In this document: piece after piece, positions 34,793 through 38,887 of the stretch
Layout of the letters: every line of letters begins with the position of its first letter
Numbering within the stretch: the first letter of the stretch is position 1
From: Nephila pilipes
Lineage: Eukaryota
Assembly: GCA_019974015.1 (NCBI GenBank)
Contig: BMAW01101096.1
Location: 268,342 to 307,228 of the forward strand
DNA: 38,887 nt
Reading direction: 5' to 3'
Notes under the pieces: generated by a model
Databases searched by the model: none
What the model was told of the DNA's origin: nothing
What the model saw: the letters and a program-made list of their open reading frames with translations, nothing else
Position numbers and translations under genes: made by a program

Positions 34793-37700
34793 TGAATGAG
34801 AAATTAAAACATAATAAATAACCTTCAGAGCCATTATCAATACTTATGATAATCAAGACTTTACTTTTGTGCCCTTTATGAAAATTGTAAATTTGAAATT
34901 GAATTTATTCAAAAATCTGGTTGATGCCTTCACATCTGCTGTAATATTTCAACTTACCTTTAGACATTAAATATTTCATCAGACATATAAAAATTCGAAA
35001 GTGGTGAGTTAAATTTAAAATAATTGGATTAATAATAGAACAGAATTACAATAAGATGCGATTTAAAACAAATCTTGAAAATTAAGAATCCTATTTACTG
35101 CGGAATAATGTTTTTTAATTGTTTGATTTTCAAAAACTTCTGAGATTTAAACATAAATAAATATGATTAAGTCAAACAATTTTAATTGCCAAATGGGCTT
35201 TAACTAAAGGAGGAAATTATGTTTTGTAATATTAATACTTTTTAAACAACTGTATTTTAATAACCGTAAGTTTAAATGTTTTTATACACTTAAATCAGTA
35301 AGAATTTCAGAAGCTCTTTCTACAAGCAGATTTCAGATGAGCTATGTTAAAAAAGAAGGGGAAAAAACAGAATGTGCATATGACATTTATTCAAAAAATT
35401 CATTTTGTCTCCTAAAATAGGAACATTTACTCACCTGCAATAATGAATTTAGAGTCACAACGAAATAAATTGATTTTTTTTCCCAAAAATATAAGGAAAT
35501 ATCACGGATTATATGTATTTAAAGTAACTTGCTCTACGTAAGAATTGCAATTCTTTTCTCAGAATCAAGAGGAAAAATTTGACAAAAAAATTAAAAATTG
35601 CATATTTTTTATAATCAGCGCCGTAGTACAGTAATATGACTTATTAGTATAAAGCATAGACTTAGGTTAGTATTTTCTGTATTATTTTATGCTATTTAAA
35701 GCTTTAACAATTTCAGAAGGAAAAAAAAGAGAGAACGCTTTTATAGGATTATTTTACCTTTTTAAAACTTTTTTCAAGAGTTCTTAACGTTCGACTTAAC
35801 ACAAATTATTTTTAAAAAAGTTTAATGCTTTAAAAATATACTTGATCTTATAAGAGTCAAGGGAAAAAGCGAATAACAAATTTTATTTAAAAAGTTATTA
35901 TCGCTTTAATTAAAAATATTATTCGAAATACTAAATGCATTAAAAATATGGCTTCAAAATGAAAGTTTTAAAACATAGAAAACATCAAAATCTCAAGTGG
36001 GGACGAAGTGAGAAGAAGGAGGCAAGTTGGCATGAGAGAAAATGCATGTTAGCTAAATTGGTTTTAGTGAAGTGACATAATTAGTACAAATGCTTAAATC
36101 ATCTACAATTTTCTTTCAATACATTGAAAAAAATAAAGACATAATGAATTATTACTAATATTTAAATTTTTGTAAAATTTAATTTGTCAATTTTTCATAA
36201 TCATAATCAATTTTTGTAAAAGTGTAATTTCAGTTTTACACAATTAAAAACAACTGCATTTATAGGTTTTAAAATATAATGCACACAACGTGAGTGCGAG
36301 ACCTCAAAAAATATCGATCTCGGTTAATCAAATGCATAAATATTTCTATTTAACAGAAATATGTTGCATTTTTCCAAAAAAATGCATATTTTTATTCTTG
36401 AAAGCAACATTTAAAGTACTTTCCTTTACAGTATTATCAGATTAAAAAGATGTAAAGAGAAGAAAAGAAAACATTTATGATTAAAAGTATTTTTTCCATC
36501 TAAACAGAGAAGGGAAATACTATTATTCTAAGTTATAAGTTTGTTTGTTATTAAATTCAAACTTCAATACTTGAATAGCCAAATGCAAATAAATGTACAT
36601 AATTCAATTTTTTTTAAATATGTGTATATAAAACATAATACTTATAAATAAGTACAAGTTTAATGAGATTTATGAAATTTTTTAACAGATTTATTAATCC
36701 ATTAATAAAATAAATCTTCTCCACTATAAAAGGATATAATGCGAATTTAAAGTATTGCAGAATATTTTTATATTTATACTAATCAGTGCTTTCGTTATTT
36801 TAATGCACGTAAAAAATACAGTTTGCAATATTGAAGCATCTATTTTAAGGAATACGTCATTCATAAGTTTATCATTAATCGAACCAATAAATCACTTAAA
36901 AATGTAAGATCGAAAGTTGTATGCAAAGTTTTGCAAAGAACAGATCTAGCCATAAAAGGTGCTCTTTTTTTTATAATTATAATTAAATTACTCAATTAAA
37001 TATAAGAACTGAAGTAAACGATGAAATACCGAGAAATGGACAATAGTAAACTGTTCCGATATTAAAATTAAAGCAAACGATAAATTATTAAATTGAATAT
37101 ATTTAAGCTAAATGTAATTAAAATTGAAGCAAACGATAAAAAATTGAAAAGTGATCTGGTACGTCAAAAGTGATTCAACTAAAACAATAGCCCCTTGGGT
37201 AGCTAATAATATTACCTCAGTAGCAAATAAACATTTTATTTATGTGACATATAATAACTATTTAAATACCATTGACACACACAAGATACAAAAATTCTAT
37301 AGCAAAAGTCTCGTGTGTGAAAAATGATAACATTTTCTGAAATTGCATAAACTACTTCTAATCAGTGAAATAATTATATAAAATGCTTGTCCCAATAGAA
37401 AAATGATGCTAGATAGGAGGAGGAAAGATAACTCTGAAAGAGATAAACATAATATGAAACGCAGAGATGAGCAGGTTGAAAGACAAAAAGAACAAATGAA
37501 CGGTATAACATGTTGTTTGATAAGCGGAACAATAAAGAAAATGAAAAAAAGAGAAGGTTTATACATGACACCCGAGAGCAGGATGTTCCTCCTCTTTCCA
37601 AACCAGCAGGTTTTCTTTTACAGCCACTCCCCTCCCTAATCAGGTTTCACCACTTCTATGCAGTCGTCATTGGTAATCGAATCTACTAAATACGATTCGA

Positions 37701-38110
37701 TACAAAATAAGAACAAATATTAATAAATTTTGAGAATAGAAATGCATAGTACAATTAAAAGAACCTTACAAATATTTCTCAAAAAAAAAATAGATGTGTA
37801 ACATTTTTCAAATGCTTTTCAACTGCTTTAATATTAGATTAACATTCGCAGAGTTTGGACATCACTGTTTTCAGTAAAGTAATTTGAACACTTTAAAACC
37901 AAGCGTTTGAGAAAGATTTGAAAACGAACTCGTCTACGAACGAAGTTTCTCTGTTTTCCCTACAGAGGAAGAAGAAAGCAAAATCATCATGTAAATTTAG
38001 TTCCCCCAGAAAAAAAAATACCATAAAGGAGCTAATGTAGAATTAAAAATTTTTTAATTCTTTTTGGGAGCGAAGAATAGATCATAAATGAGTGCATTGG
38101 GTTTACTGAC

Positions 38111-38209
38111 CTTTTCTCTTAAGATAACATTTTGTTTCAAGTAGTACTCCAAAGTTCTTTTTAAAGCATCCACAGAACTTGTTAAACCATCTTTAGTGAC
38201 GGAGAACGA
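38111..38209 (-). CDS. Candidate exon of an unidentified minus-strand gene (no homology recognised)
   Basis: The acceptor is gtttcttccag and the donor is GAAAAG|GTCAGT (gt at 38110-38109). The 33 codons are SFSVTKDGLTSSVDALKRTLEYYLKQNVILREK, which is non-repetitive and not AT-biased, unlike the surrounding DNA. Alternatively it may read on to the stop at 38054. Confidence 0.25.
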
Positions 38210-38887
38210 CTGGAAGAAACGCAAGCAATGAATCAATTGAAATATAAAGCAATATTTTATAAAATAAGAAGTATTGTTCACAGAGCAGCAGTTATTTTGC
38301 AAAAAAAAAATATTTCTAAGTTTACGGTAAAATTTTAAAAATAAAAGTAAAGAATAAGTTTTACTGATATAGTTCTCAAAACTATTAATTTTATGAATCT
38401 TTTTTATATAAAGAAACACATATCACAAGCTTAATTTTACTTAGGTAGAAGAGCTCCCAAGCCTTAACATTTTAATTTTTTAAGTGAAATGCACCCGTTC
38501 ATTGCATCTCTCACATAAGTTTCCAATATCAGCTACAAAATTCATACAATATCTAAAAATATTTTCTTCCAAATGGAATTTTTGGATAAGTAAAGCTTGA
38601 CACAATCATGACGAAAAGTGTATTAGAAATGATTTTAAGTCATGCAAAATTCTAGAAAAATATAAATTAAAATATAGAGAAAAATAACAATGATATTAAA
38701 CTATATTTCAGTTGGTCTCTGTCTATATTTCAATAGAAAACTGCATGTTAACCATATTGAAAAGAGACTTTGAACTCAGATAATCTTCAATATGAAACAG
38801 ATGGTGGCGAAAGAGATCTACTTTCTATTCATCTAGAACTAAATTATTTTTCTTAATTTAGGAAGTAAAATTTTTCAAAAGAAGTAA

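Noticed and set aside
37403-37639. 78-aa plus-strand ORF rich in K/R/E (MMLDRRRKDNSERDKHNMKRRDEQVERQKEQ...)
   Set aside because: It is a low-complexity charged peptide read from a purine-rich stretch. It has no splice context and no recognisable domain, and it overlaps two equally unconvincing minus-strand ORFs.
1-38887. Possible prokaryotic-style features (operons, CRISPR array, defence island), as the task hint suggested
   Set aside because: The only direct repeats are dinucleotide microsatellites and homopolymers, and I see no repeat-spacer structure. Coding sequence is interrupted by GT..AG introns with polypyrimidine tracts. Gene density is very low, and the mobile elements are eukaryotic types (Tc1/mariner, gypsy, LINE, MULE). 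This is arthropod nuclear DNA.

Overview
This window is AT-rich eukaryotic nuclear DNA, almost certainly from an arthropod. It has spliced genes with canonical GT..AG introns, (TA)n and homopolymer microsatellites, and many degraded transposable elements. It is not a prokaryotic locus: I found no operons, CRISPR arrays or defence islands, so I see no new 'system' here beyond what is listed below.

Two host genes are supported.

(1) Plus strand, about 27.3-33.1 kb. Three coding exons (27317-29911, 30830-31621, 32818-33141) encode a protein of about 1237 aa with a signal peptide, more than 30 leucine-rich repeats, a cysteine-rich LRRCT cap and a hydrophobic C-terminal tail. The N-terminal 'PCSFNPLCTCS', internal blocks and the C-terminal 'LDCDCELFW...DLRETKC' match my recollection of insect chaoptin, a GPI-anchored photoreceptor adhesion protein.

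(2) Minus strand. At least three, probably four, phase-compatible coding exons (15585-15733, 4528-4689, 3705-3881, 1161-1400). Their product carries the 'RIFISSTFKDMHSERDML...VDLRWG...FIGLIGDRYG...ITELEM' module that I recall from the N terminus of NWD1/NWD2-type proteins (DUF4062-like). The gene runs off the window start. Its roughly 10.9 kb intron between 4689 and 15585 is a transposon nest.

Mobile DNA in and around that intron:
- Three different Tc1/mariner-superfamily transposase remnants (about 5.8-6.7 kb +, 13.9-15.3 kb -, 16.2-17.1 kb +).
- A second, internally deleted copy of the 13.9-15.3 kb element at 34.16-34.79 kb, about 90 % identical and sharing the terminal inverted repeat TGTGCAAAAATTAAGG.
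- A 5'-truncated Ty3/gypsy-like pol on the minus strand (RT and RNase H at 13.67-12.54 kb, integrase at 9.4-8.4 kb). It is interrupted by a frameshifted Mutator-like (MULE-type) transposase ORF pair at 10.55-11.84 kb.
- A non-LTR retrotransposon ORF1 with CCHC knuckles (19.2-19.7 kb, minus strand).
- An LTR-retroelement gag-like fragment with a CCHC knuckle (about 21.1-22.0 kb, plus strand).

Everything else looks like AT-rich non-coding DNA with poly-T/A tracts.
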